From Squalus acanthias (taxonomy: Eukaryota): a stretch of DNA of 64,000 bases. Shown one piece after another: positions 25,218 to 37,555 of this stretch. Numbering within the stretch: position 1 is the first letter of the stretch; every line of letters starts with the position of its first letter. Below the pieces are notes generated by a model that saw nothing but the letters and a program-made list of their open reading frames with translations, had not been told where the DNA came from and made no database searches. The stretch lies in the NCBI GenBank assembly GCA_030390025.1, contig CM059431.1, positions 112,036,001 through 112,100,000 of the forward strand, written 5' to 3'. The position numbers and the translations under genes are program-made.

Positions 25218-27272
25218 TTTTTATTTGTTCATGGGATGTGGACGTCGCTGGCAAGGCCAGCATTTATTGCCCATCCCTAGTTGCCCTCAAGAAGGTGGTG
25301 GTGAGCCACCTTCTTGAACCGCTGCAGTCCGTGTGGTGAAGGTACTCCCACAGTGCTGTTAGGGAGGGAGTTCCAGGATTTTGAACCTGCGATGATGAAG
25401 GATCGGCGATATACTTCCAAGTCAGGATGGTGTGTGACTTGGAGGGGAACTTGGAGGTGGTGGCGTTCCCATGCGCCTGCTGCCCTTGTCCTTCTAGGTG
25501 GTGGAGATCGCGGGTTTGGGAGGTGCTGCTGAAGAAGCCTTGCCGAGTTGCTGCAGTGCATCTTGTAGTTGGTACACACTGCAGCCACGGTACGCCGGTG
25601 GTGGAGGGAGTGAATGTTTAAGGTGGTGGATGGGGTGCCAATCATGCGGGCTGCTTTGTTCTGGATGGTGTCGAGCTTCTGGAGTGTTGTTGGAGCTGCA
25701 CTCATTCAGGCAAGTGGAGAGTATTCCATCACTCTCCTGACTTGTGCCTTGTAGATGGTGGAAAGGCTTTGGGAGTCAGGAGGTGAGACACTCGCTGCAG
25801 AATACCTAGCCTCTGACCTGCTCTTGTTGCCACAGTATTTATGTGGCTGGTCCAGTTAAGTTTCTGGCCAATGGTGACCCCCAGGATATTAATGGTGGGG
25901 GATTTGACGATGGTAATGCCGTTGAATGTCAAGGGGCGGTGGTTAGACTCTCGCTTGTTGGAGATAGTCATTGCCTGGCACGTGTGTGGTGTGAATGTTA
26001 CCAGTCACTTATCAGCCCAAGTCTGAATGTCGTCCAGGTCTTGTTGCATGTGGGCATGGACTGCTTCATTATCTGAGGAGTTGTGAATGGAACTGAACAC
26101 TGTGCAGTCATCAGCGAACATCCCCACTTCTGACCTTATGATGGAGGGAAGGTCATTGATGCAGCAGCTGAAGATGGTTGGGCCTAGGACACTGCCCTGA
26201 GAAGCTCCTACAATGATGTCCTGGGGCTGTAATGTTTGACCTCCAACCACCACAACCATCTTCGTTTGTGCTAGGTATGACTCCAGTCAGTGGAGAGTTT
26301 TCCCCCTGATTCCCATTGACTTCAGTTTTACTAGGGCTCCTTGATGTCAAGGGCAGTCATTCTCCCCTCACCTCTGGAATTCAGCTCTTTTGTCCATGTT
26401 TGGACCAAGGTTGTAATGAGGTCTGGAGCAGAGTGGTCCTGGCGGAATCCAAACTGGGCATCTGTGAGCAGGTTATTGGTGAGTAAGTGCTGCTTGATAG
26501 CACTGTCGACGACACCTTCCATCACTTTGCTGAAGATTGAGAGTAGGCTGATGGGGCGGTAATTGGCCGGATTGGATTTGTCCTGCTTTTTGTGGACAGG
26601 ACATACCTGGGCAGTTTTCCACATTGTCGGATAGATGCCAGTGTTATAGCTGTATTGGAACCACTTGGCGAGAGGCGTGGCTAGTTCTGGAGCACAAGTC
26701 TTCAGCACGACAGCCGGAATGTTGTCGGGGCCCACAGCCTTTGCTCAGCCGTTTCTTGATATCGTGGAGTGAATCGAATTGGCTGAAGACTGGCTTCTGT
26801 GGTAGTGGGGACCTCAGGAGGAGGCTGATATGGATTATCCACTTCGGCACTTCTGGCTGAAGATGGTTGCAAACGTTTCAGCTTTGTCTTTTGCACTCAC
26901 GTGCTGGGCTCCAATCTCATTGAGGATGAGGATATTCATGGAGCCTCCTCCTCCCGTTAGTTGTTTAATGGTCCACCACCATTCACGATTGGATGTGGCA
27001 GGACTGCAGAGTTTTGATCAGACCCATTGATTGTGGGATCGCTTAGCTCTGTCTATAGCATGCTGCTTCTGCTTTTTAGCATGCATGTAGTCCTTTGTTG
27101 CAGCTTCCCCAGGTTGGCACCGCATTTTTAGGTACGCCTGGTGCTGCCCCTCATGGATGCCCAGTTTTGAGCTGCTAGATCTGTTCTGAATCTATCCCAT
27201 TTAGCACGGTGGTAGTGCCACACAACACGATGGCGAGTGTCCTCAGTGTGAAGACGGGACTTAGTCTCCACT
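25218..27272 (-). mobile_element. 5'-truncated non-LTR retrotransposon (CR1/Jockey-group RT), frameshifted
   Basis: GPDNIPAVVLKTCAPELA, PVHKKQDKSNPANYRPISLL, QFGFR, QGSVLGP, FADD motifs across ORFs 26331..26735, 26005..26259, 25729..25971 and 25277..25705; A-rich tail at left. Confidence 0.92.
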
Positions 27273-28060
27273 GCCCATGGACAGTGGAGACTATCAAGCA
27301 GGTGGCATAATCAGCACCTGCTTTCAAAAGTGCATCTTGCATTGTATTTTGAACCGTGTTTTGTTTGCTTCCATTTGTTCACATGTCTGGACTTTGTGGA
27401 AGCTGCAATAGCCAACAGAAAATGTTACAGACTTGCTGTGAGGTGAAGTTCATTACCCTGTTTACACAGCCAGTAGCAAATGACTGGCAAGATGAGAATG
27501 ATCTCAGTATCGCATTTCAAAATGGGAACACCGGATCCCAGGAGGGTCAGGGAGCTGCAGATGAGATTGTTCTCATAGTTTCATCATGATGTCTTTGGCA
27601 CTCCTTGATCTGTAATTTAAGATCATTTTGTTCAAATGGAGCTGATCTAGCTTGAGTCCCTGAATGGCCGTGTGAGCAAGTGAATCATGTGATGTGGTGT
27701 GCCGAGCTATGCTCACCAGAAAGGGCGAAGTTTAATCTCTTGTTTGTGTGCAGTGTTCCCTGGTCTCAGCCAGGGCGTGACTAGGTCCAAGCATCCTTTC
27801 TGACTAGGGAGGCTGTGAGGGGGTGGCGGTGGAGGAATTTGGTTGCAGTTTCTATCTGTAATTCAGCAATCTCTGTGCCCTTGATGGGAAGGCGTATGTG
27901 CTGACAGAATGAGACGATAAGATCAGACTTGGCGGTGATGGCTCATGGTCAGGTGGTTTGACACTCTGCTGTCTGGCCTTGTGTGCAGGATGACTACTTT
28001 GGACAAGGCCACCAGAGAGTCTCTGCTGCCTGTGGAACTGCACTTTACTGTGAACTATAT

Positions 28061-28818
28061 GGCCCAGAAATTCGTCCGAATACGGGAGAGTACGCACTGT
28101 GTACTCACCCATATTCGGTCCCGAAGTGCCGGTTTCCTGCATGCACTGCGCATGCGCGGGAAACCGGCACTTCCGATATTGCGAAGGGGGCGGTTCCTAA
28201 GTGAACCGCGTGCGCACTACAGGCTGTGCGCACGCAGCACACTTAGTTTTTTTTCAGGTTTGAACGCGAAGGTAAGTGTTGAAGATTTTACACACGAAAA
28301 AAGCAGGCGTAAGACCCCCTTTTAACAAGGTAAGTAGTTAATTAAGTATTTAAAATTTTTTCAACAGGTTTATCTTTTTTAGAGACTTTAAAGAAAGGTA
28401 AGTTTATTTTTATAACTTTTAAAAAGAATTTACATTTTTTCAAAAATTTTAATTTTTGTTTAAAGTGGTTAATTTATTTAACTATAGTTATTTTATTAAT
28501 GTGATGGTTTTTTTTAAATTTAATTGAGGTTTAGCTGTTCTTTTGGGGGCAAGTTGTATTCATAGTTTTGACAGTTCTCCTGTCAAAACTATGAATGAAA
28601 GATGGTGTGCTGCCATTGGCTCTAACTGGCTCACATGATCCCAGAGGTCGCATCGAACTAACTGCGCCTCTGGGACACGCACACACTGCGCGCCGGCACC
28701 AGGGAGAGGCCCAGGAACTGAAGTTCGTGTGGGCCAAAACCATAAAGGCAGGCGCGGAGTGCGATATCGCACGCGATCCTTACCCCCGCGGCAACCATCG
28801 AAGTCCAATTTCTGGGCC
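28061..28818. mobile_element. Non-autonomous TIR element (758 bp)
   Basis: Perfect 12-bp TIR GGCCCAGAAATT / AATTTCTGGGCC; CpG-rich arms, AT-rich core; related in opposite orientation to 38236-38926. Confidence 0.85.
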
Positions 28819-29715
28819 ATTGCTTTCAGGAGAGGGTGGAGGAGAAAATGTGATCCTTTCAGTTCACCAAAACAGGTCTGCAAATGAGTTACTGTTTGAG
28901 ATCAGTCTGGCAGAAACTCGTTATATAGTTTATATAGTCTTTAAGCCATTGTGATTTCAAAGGCAGCCTCTAATACCACCAAAATAAATGATGGTTATAG
29001 TTATATTTTGAGAGTTTAGATCACTCGGTGCTTTTTATCTCACTTTCCCTTTGTCTCCATTCATTTTACTGTGATGTAGTGGCATCGCTATGTGTAACAA
29101 AGACTTGCGAAACCACAGAGAGCTTACTAGAAAGTTGCCTACAAATTTGTGGACATATTTAATCCTTTCTTTACTAAGCTGTCGGCTAATGTACAAGCAA
29201 ATGAATTTCTGGTGAATGTGCCAATATTAATTCCAGACATAGTTAAAATCTTCCTTTTGAAGAAGCTGTGCCACACAAGGAGCAATTGCACGTTAAGGTT
29301 TGATTTCCACCCCTGCTCTCTGAAGGGATTATAATAGTTTACAAAAATTGCGTATATATTTAATGGCACCAGCCGATCAGCTGTGTAATCCTGCAGCCCT
29401 GAACTGAAACTGTTGAGAAAGGTGGAATATTTGTGCTGTTGCATTCTCCTAAGTTTTTCTGTTGTCTGTAATGTTTATACTTGAACAGTTCTGCAGGTAT
29501 TATGGAACCATTACCACAAGAAAGCTGGCCTGTGGGTCACATGAACAGAAATAACAAACTCTTCCAGGATTAGCGCTGCCTTTTTTTTCCTAGACTTTTT
29601 TTTCTTTCCAGAACATGACAAAACTTGTTCCCGAATTGCTCCGTTTCTGAAGCCAAGTGTTGTGAATTATTACTATAAGGAGTATTACTTCTGTGAATAA
29701 AGTGAAGGGTGAGCT

Positions 29716-29945
29716 TGTTCGTGACCGGAAGTCTTGGTCAATATTTGTCCCTCAACCAACATCACTAAAAAACAGCTTATCTGGCCATGTATCACGTTGC
29801 TGCTTGTGGGACCTTGCTGTGCGCAATTTGGCTGCCGCTTTTCCTACATTACAACAGTTGACTGCACTTCAAAAAGTACTGAATGGACTGAAGTGCTTTG
29901 GGAAGTCCTGAGGTCATGAAAGGGGTGACATAATTGCAAGTTCTC
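29716..29945 (+). mobile_element. DeuSINE-type 3' half
   Basis: ggtcaatatttgtccctcaaccaacatcactaaa...gctgtgcgcaatttggctgcc...cctgaggtcatgaaagg. Confidence 0.75.
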
Positions 29946-29985
29946 TGTATTGAGTGCTCTCATAATCAATGTACAATGCATAATC

Positions 29986-30594
29986 CTTGAAGCGTTTCCT
30001 CTGCCCACATGGGGCTCTCTTGCCTTTTCGGAGCTCCGAGTAGAGCGCTTGTTTTGGGAGTCTCGTATCGGGCATGCGGACGATGTGGCCCGTCCATCGG
30101 AGCTGATCGAGCGTGGTCAAAGCTTCGATACTGGGGATGTTGGCCTGAGCGAGAACACTGACGTTGGTGCGCCTATCCTGCCAATGGATTTGCAGGATCT
30201 TGTGGAGGCAGTGTTGGTGGTACCTCTCCAGTGCTTTGAGGTACCTGCTGTACATGGTCCATGTCTCTGAAGCATACAGGAGGGCGGGTATCACTACTGC
30301 TCTGTAGACCAGATTCCCTGTCCCAAGACCGCACAAAGTAGAGGAGAAGCATCCGGGAAGGCGCCGAACACCTCGAGTCTCTTCGTCGGGAGCAAGCGGA
30401 AGCCAAGCGCAAACAGCGGAAGGAGCGCACGTCAACCCAAGCACCCCACCCACCCGCCCCTTCAACCACCGTCTGCCCCACCTGTGACAGAGACTGTAGG
30501 TCCTGCATTGGACTCATCAGTCACCTGAGAACTCATTTTTAGTGTGGAAGCAAGTCATCCTCGGTTCCGAGGGACTGCCTAAGAAGAAGAGGAG
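29986..30594 (+). mobile_element. RTE-clade LINE with inverted 5' segment and 11-bp TSD
   Basis: Minus segment VYRAVVIPALLYASETWT...LRWTGHIVRMPDTRLPKQALYSEL...GQRKRFKD; plus segment ...CPTCDRDC..IGLISHLRTH and (aag)n tail; TSD aatgcataatc at 29975-29985 and 30595-30605. Confidence 0.9.
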
Positions 30595-30894
30595 AATGCA
30601 TAATCTTACTCTTCACAGATGCTGGAGGTGAGGTGGACTGCATTGAAAGTGGTAAAGGGATTCAAAGGGCTAATAGTATAAATATATTTCCAATAAAGGC
30701 TTTACTTCTCTCTCTGTTTGACTGTATTGTACAATTCAAGATGTTAAATAGGCCCTAGTTGTGGCATAAATAAAGCCCTTCAGGAGCAGTGAGTGCATTT
30801 CGATTATACTTTATTGTGCTGTATCTGCATATTAGATGTTTAAATAGTTTAACAAAAAACTATATTGAATTTTCTATTTGAATTAATCCATACT

Positions 30895-31285
30895 TGCTGG
30901 ATAAATGCACTGTGCAGTATGATGCCGAGCCATACAGACCAGAAGACTCCTGGTTTGAGTTTTTGTTTGTTTGTTTGGCCCAGCTGGCGGTAGCATTCGA
31001 GTGCTCCAATTGGCCTGAGTACCCTGGGCTAAGGAGGGCAAAAATAAGCCTGGATACTTGGTATTGATATTCAGTGACTCCCTGCTGGAAAGCGTACACG
31101 TGTTGATATTCAGCAAGGACAGAATCAAGCTCATCTTTGAAGCCATCGGGGGTCAGATAGCCTGCTGACGGTCCCGAACTAGACCAACGGTGGCCCAGTA
31201 CACTTGGGTGAGGTACTGCAGGTTGGCAGTAACTGCAGAACTGCACCCTAGAATGAGTCTACATCGTCAGGAGAGGAAGGGTAAC
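30895..31285 (+). mobile_element. Old unclassified SINE-like repeat
   Basis: Diverged similarity to 27660-27815, 45730-45850 (+) and 46170-46390 (-): gccgagccatacagaccagaagactcctggtt...ctgggctaaggaggg...gtgactccctgctggaaagc. Confidence 0.45.
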
Positions 31286-31314
31286 ATTGACCCACTATGG
31301 CGCACAGCTCCATT

Positions 31315-31398
31315 TTAGATTACAAACGCAAAATACCGCAGATTAGATTACAAATGCAAAATACCGCAGATTAGATTAGAAATGCAAAATACCGCAGG
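31315..31398. repeat. 3 x 28-bp tandem repeat at a retroelement junction
   Basis: ttagattacaaa(c/t)gcaaaataccgcaga units starting at 31315, 31343 and 31371. Confidence 0.9.
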
Positions 31399-31803
31399 TA
31401 CTGGAAATCTGAGGCACTTTACAGCCTTCCAGACTCGACATCGAGTTCAACAATTTCAGATCATAACCACCACTCCCATTTTTTTGAACAGCAGCTGTTG
31501 GTATTGATTCTGCTGTTGCCATTCACACCTCCTCTGGACCCATCTTTTGTTTCTTTACTTGTCCCATTACCATCCCCTCTTGCCTCGCACCATCATCCCT
31601 TTTGTCATTTAATCTCTCCTGCCTTCCACCCTATCACAGACCTTCTCTTTTGTTCTTTCCTCTCCTCCCTCCTTTCCCTGCCCCTGCACTTGCTTAAAAC
31701 CTGTTCCATCTCTAACTTTTTCCAGTTCTGATGAAAGGTCATCGACCTGAAACGTTAACTCTGTTGCTCTCTCCAAGATGTTGCCTGACCTGCTGAGTAT
31801 TTC
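31322..31803 (+). mobile_element. Penelope-like pseudo-LTR insertion (second family) with 14-bp TSD
   Basis: Body is reverse-complement-similar to 49900-50292; TSD ctccattttagatt at 31308-31321 and 31804-31817; hammerhead motif inside. Confidence 0.85.
31724..31760 (+). ncRNA. Minimal type-I hammerhead ribozyme motif
   Basis: AGTT CTGATGA A AGGTC ATC GACCT GAAA CG TT AACT: perfect 4-bp helix I and 5-bp helix II, palindromic ACGT. Confidence 0.75.
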
Positions 31804-34513
31804 CTCCATTTTAGATTGTTGTCTCGTCATATACTAAGTTGGAATGATGATGATTCATTAAATTAAAGGATCTAAAATTCAAGTTCTTCAATGGAACTAC
31901 TTAATTCAAAATGGTGGTTCTTATGCATGGTATTTCACATGCTCCAAACTACTTTCTAAGATTATAGAGTGGTGTCGCCTGTGCTTACAAAGTCTGGGGA
32001 GCAGCTGCCGCCATTTTGATTCATTATCTGCAATTCAGATAAGCACATAGTTAAAAGGCTGCCACCACCTCCTTGCCACTTAAAGACCACCACAGATTAA
32101 ATGGGCACACCCCCATGAGACTGGTTCCCTCACTGTATTGTGGGATTTGTTTGTCAAATTCCTGGGAGAGGAAGATAGGAACAGGAATAGGACATTCAGC
32201 CCCTCGAGCCTGTTCCACCATTCAATTAGATTACGGCTGATCTACACCTCAACTCCATTTACCTGCCTTTGTTTCATATCCCTTGATAACCTTACCGAAA
32301 ATATATTCTTGATCATATTCTTAAAAATTTCAATTAACTTAGCATTCACAGTCTTGCAGAGAGCTTTCAATATATACCTAAACCATTTGAAAAATAGTCT
32401 TTAGCTCCCCTTTCATCTTGTTTGCCCTCCAATTAACAAATGTTTTTTTTAATTTATATATATATATATATAATATGCAGATATGAGATTATTTATACTT
32501 GCATTAAGTGGTCTGATATCCACTGTCTCAATAGTTAGAACAGTAGCATTTGGGGTTGGCTGATTCCAGAAATTGTACACTACCACAACAGGATGGTTTA
32601 CAGCAACAGTATAAAGTGGTGTGATTATACTTGAACCTATTCTAAAGTGCTTGCCCAAATTCTTGCTTGGAGAAGATCAATCTCAAAATTCCCTTTTAAT
32701 TACTGAGGTACGAAATATTTTGTTTTTCTTTCATCAGCAGCCAAGCAAGAGACTGTGATTAGCGCCACAGGCTGGTATCAGACGGGACCTGTGGTTTTGT
32801 GCCCTTGTTGGGCATGCACAAGATCATTACTTCATTTCAGTTGAAGTGGCTATGCTGGTCACAGAAAGTGGCTCTCTTGGGTCAGATAGCCTGCTGATGG
32901 TCCATGTCTAGGCTAGCCTAGATAGGGACTTTGAGCACCCTCTTTCCATATTGCACGCCGTTAAACACTATCATGCATGGCCAGTATATGCCTATGTATT
33001 TCAAATGGCACTCAAAAGGTACAATGGAAACTGAAGTGCTCAATGCATCCAGCCCAAGTTAAAGGAGGTGAGCTGTGCAACCCAACTTTTTGTGGGTCCC
33101 AAATACAGAGGCCAGCGTTGCATCAAATGGGAGCAAAATGCAGAGGTGCACTTGGAGATTCCAGGTCTCCACTAGATTCGCACTTTAGCTCTTTCCAGTT
33201 GACTTGCATAGAATTTCTGATAAGCTAAGTCCAGGCTTTAGGATTCTAAATGCAAGATATTAATCCAATTGTTTTTGTTTAGAAAGAAAGAAAAGAAAAG
33301 TTGGCATTTATATAAGTACCTTTCACAATTTGCCTGGGAATCTATTTCACCTATTCATTACTCTGCGAGGGAATTGTGGGGAAGGGCAAAACTTCTAATT
33401 TTGAATTAATTCTGTGATTCGAGTACAAGTTCATAAACATGTTTAGAATGAGACACCTGGATGATGATGATGATGATACTTAAACGATGAGTTTTCTTAA
33501 TCCTCCAAGTGACATTGGCTTAGACGCTATTGGGTTGCAAGAGCTGGTGAGCAGCACCTCCTACTTTGGACGCTGTTTTGATGTCGAAGGTTATTGGCGA
33601 TCTTCTGACTCACCTTTTTTAAAGCTGGATTGCAGCCACTGAAACTGCGTCTTTTGCCAGCTTAACTGTGACTTCACTTCCAAAAGTAATCCATTACCTG
33701 TAGAGCACTCTGGGATGTCCTGAAGGTGTGATAAAGTTCCAAAGAAATCTACATTTTTTTTCTTTTGCTTTTTCATAAATCATCTTGCTCCCACTTCCAA
33801 AATGATTGATGGGAGAAAGAAGCCAGAAGAAAAAAGGAAGTTGAATGGTTTTGAACTTAGTCATTTTAAAGCCATGCATGTTTATCTTTTTTTATATTTG
33901 CATTATAAATTCATGTGTCCACATTTATAATGAAAACTGCCTATGTAAACGTGTCACGGTGTAATTACACCCGCTCACCAGCGGTGGTGTTTGTACTGTA
34001 GGATGGTGTAATTGCAGTGTTACAAGTTTAAACGGGCAGTTTCTATTATAAATATGAGCATAAGTATTTATAACAGAACAAGTTCACAGAAAGTCCACAC
34101 AGATTTTCAGTATATTAATATAGGCAGTTGGTTTCAGCATCAATTGAAAACACAGCTGGTCGACCCAGGGGCACTGAATTACCCAAGGCTGCTGGAAGTA
34201 TAAAGGTTGAGAAGATGTTTTATGTTGTGGCTCTAGCCGTGATTGCAGTATACTGTAATAAGAATGAAAACATTTGCTGGGACTGAGGGCAAACTTGTGC
34301 CTTGGTATGTTTTTATTTTAATCGCATTGTAGATGTATGCTGCCATATTATTTGCTGCTTCTTGTCAGATAAGTTCAAATTTTAGGCACTGACTGTAAAT
34401 GTTACAAATTAATTTAAAAGTGGACTTCTAACCGGCACCCAAGTTGCTTCTCACAAGTGAGGAACAATGCAGGAGTGGTACAGTTATTGCATAATTGTGA
34501 ACAGGAATGTGTA

Positions 34514-34918
34514 TTTTTTTTATTCATTCACTGGATGTGGGCGTCACTGGCAAGGCCAGCATTTATTGCCCATCCCTAATTGCCCTTGAGAAGGTGGTGG
34601 TGAGCCGGTGCCTTGAAACAACTGAGTGGCTTGCTAGGCCATTTCGGAGGGCAGTTAAGAGTCAACCGCATTGCTGTGGGTCTGGAGTCACATATAGGCC
34701 AGACCGGGTAAGGGCGGCAGATTTCCTTCCCTAAAGGACATTAGTGAACCAGATGGGTTTTTATGACAATCTGGTAGTTTCATGGTCACCATTACTGATA
34801 CTAGCTTTTGATTCCAGATTTATTTATTAACTGAATTTAAATTCCCAGCTGCTGTGGTCATTCGTCCAGGCCTCTGGATTACTAGTCCAGTAACATAACC
34901 ACTATGCTACCGTACCCC
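34514..34918 (-). mobile_element. tRNA-derived SINE whose 3' tail matches the LINE at 25218
   Basis: Reverse-strand head gggtacggtagcatagtggttatgttactggactagtaatccagaggc; left ~100 bp matches 25222-25318 (ggatgtgggcgtcactggcaaggccagcatttattgcccatccct). Confidence 0.75.
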
Positions 34919-35689
34919 TCCTACGTTGATACATTCCAAAGCTTGAAAACTGTTGCACAGAGCAAATTGTGGCTTCCCTGAGCCATCACTACATATCTAC
35001 GGCTCAATTTTTTAAATTTATAGGTTGCAGATTTTGGGTGCTAATGCTACTTTAACTCGCATAACATTTCAACATAACGAGCTGTGACATTCAGTAACGT
35101 CTTGTGGCTGTTTGTATTTTTAAACGGAAGCTCTCAGGGATGGGAGTAACGAGGGCTTCAACAATTTTTTTTTCAAGGTTAAATAGCCAGCAGAATTGTC
35201 TAGCAAGAATGCGTTGCATAGTGACTGGACTGGCTTTGGGCAACTCCTTAGCAACTGTTACTCATGATATTCCTTCCAAGCCTGAACAAGTTTTTTTTTT
35301 TGATTTGTGGAGTTCAAGGTAGAACTGTAGTTTTAACTCGTGTCATTGTTTGTGGTAAAGCAAGTAGAGCAATCACTGAACAACAAGCCAAACTACAGTT
35401 CAGTTTATTCGCAGTGATAAGGATGTGGACTATGAAATTTCACTTAGCAAATGATTTACCTATGAGGTTCCCATTGGAAACACTATTTCGTACAACTAGT
35501 TAATATCCAAGTTTATATTGCAACCGTCTGAAAAGTCTCAAATATGGTCTTCAAGTGCGCAAGGATTTTAAGTAACCCTGTAGTAGTATAATCGATGTCC
35601 GTACCCTGCAAGCAAAGTGTGTTTGTAATGGTCTATACTTGTTTTGTTATGATTTATTATAAGCTTTGAAGGAATTAAAAAAAAAAATC

Positions 35690-35968
35690 ATGTTTTTGAG
35701 ATACGGGCATCCCTGATGATGCATTTATTACCCATTCCAAATTTCCCTGAGAAGGTGATGGTGGTGGGCCTTCTCCTTGAACCAGTGCAGTTCTTGTGGT
35801 GGTAGTACCCCATGAAGGGAATGTCAGGATTTTGACCCAGTGACGATGAAGGAATGGCAGTCAGCATGGTGTGTGTCTTGGAGGTGATGGTGCTCCCCTG
35901 ACATTGCTGCTCTTGTTCTTCTTAGTGGTGGAGGTTGCAGGGCTGAGAGATGCTGCCGAAGTAAGCTT
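35690..35968 (-). mobile_element. Degraded 3' end of the same LINE family as 25218-27272
   Basis: gcatttattacccattcc...gagaaggtgatggtg...caggattttgacccagtgacgatgaagga. Confidence 0.7.
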
Positions 35969-36799
35969 GGTTTTATAGCGTAGATATGCTCTTATCTATA
36001 ATAGTTTTAAGAAAATTGATTGCGGGAAGAGGCAGTTTATTTGAGAAGTCCACAGCTTACCTATTCTGTTGATAGTCAGAGACTATTTTTAAATTTTAGG
36101 CTCTGACGGTAAACGTTACAAATTGAAAGGGTTGTGACGTCTCAGATCTCAGAATAGGTTGTAAACTAATGTAAGTATATAATAAATATATTCAGGTTAA
36201 TACATATATTTAAAATGTAAATCTTTTGAGTATTTACTTCATAAAGTGCAATTTTATCAGGAAAAGTGATCTACCTGTAAACCCTCTCTGAAGTGTTCAT
36301 GTAATTCCATCCTTCAAATGAAATTTTCTTTGTCTAGACTGACGCAAATAAATGTTTACTGTTGACAATTAAATTGGTTGTTCTAAGTTTTAAATGGCAA
36401 TTTAAAAATATTTCTAACCAAATTCTTGCATACATTTTTTGTTCACAAACTTCAAAGTTAGCATTGCTGACCTCAATCTTGTGACTGGTACTTCGAGGGG
36501 GGAGGAATTGGCGTTACAAGATTGGTATTGACCATATTCAGTTTTATAAAAGTCTGAAGGAGAATTACTAACCACTTTAAGGAAAAAAAAAGAGTATAGC
36601 TATGAAAAATCAAATCCTGTGTAAATGCTATTTAAAAAAAAAAAATCAGAAATTTTTTTGTTGATCAGAAGTGAGTGTTGGGTCTTAACCAATACAAAAG
36701 TTACTCTGTAACCATTGTGCTATACTTGCTGATTAACTATTCAACGTTAGCCCTGAGTTGAATGCTCTGGCACACCAGAGACCTGTGCTAGAATATATT

Positions 36800-37555
36800 G
36801 GCCCGGATTGTGCGGTGGGTAATGACGGCGAATTGTCAGCGTTCGTCGTCATTACCCCTCTGAAACTGACCACAACTTCAGGATTTAGCGCATGCGCATC
36901 TAAACGCGGAAATCCAGAAGTTGCAGTCAATCATTCACTGCTCCGACACAGGCTGCGCTGTGGACACCCCACCCCAATATCCGGCAATCAGTGGAACTGC
37001 CAAAAAAATTAAGCTTTTCCGCGCTAATATCGCTGTTAAATACCCCATTAAATGTCAAGCCTTGTTGTAATAGCTGTAACTGGGGTTTTAACAGCATATT
37101 GACTGCTAAACAACTGTTCTGGCCCTGAAAAAACTAATTTTTATTTTTGTGGAATGTAAAATTTTCTCACGATCAAAATTACAATTTTCAAAACAAAATT
37201 ACAATAAATGTTTTGTTTAAAGTTTGTTCATGATATTTCAGCTTCTACCTTAACCCCATGTGCATGTCCTAATCTTTATTTCACTCTCTAATATTTTTAA
37301 AAAGTGCAGATAATCAATGTTTTTCATTTCCTGGTTTGCTGTCTGAGAATTCTTCATTGTGATTGGCTGCTTAGACTGCTTGATGACCTCACTGCTGCAC
37401 TACGCTAGGAATCCACTTTTCACAGCGCTACAATCAATTACATGTTGAGAAACCTAAAGGTTTTTGCCACAGAGATTGCGATATCTCTGTGGACAGCTTT
37501 CTTAGAGGTCAGTGGCGAGTGCCATCACATCACCGCTGACCACAAATTACGGGCC
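36800..37555. mobile_element. Non-autonomous TIR element (756 bp)
   Basis: GGCCCGGATTGTGCGGT ... ACCACAAATTACGGGCC; second copy begins at 63592. Confidence 0.8.

Noticed and set aside
31315..31398. CRISPR-like 28-bp repeats
   Set aside because: Direct tandem units with no spacers, in a vertebrate retroelement junction
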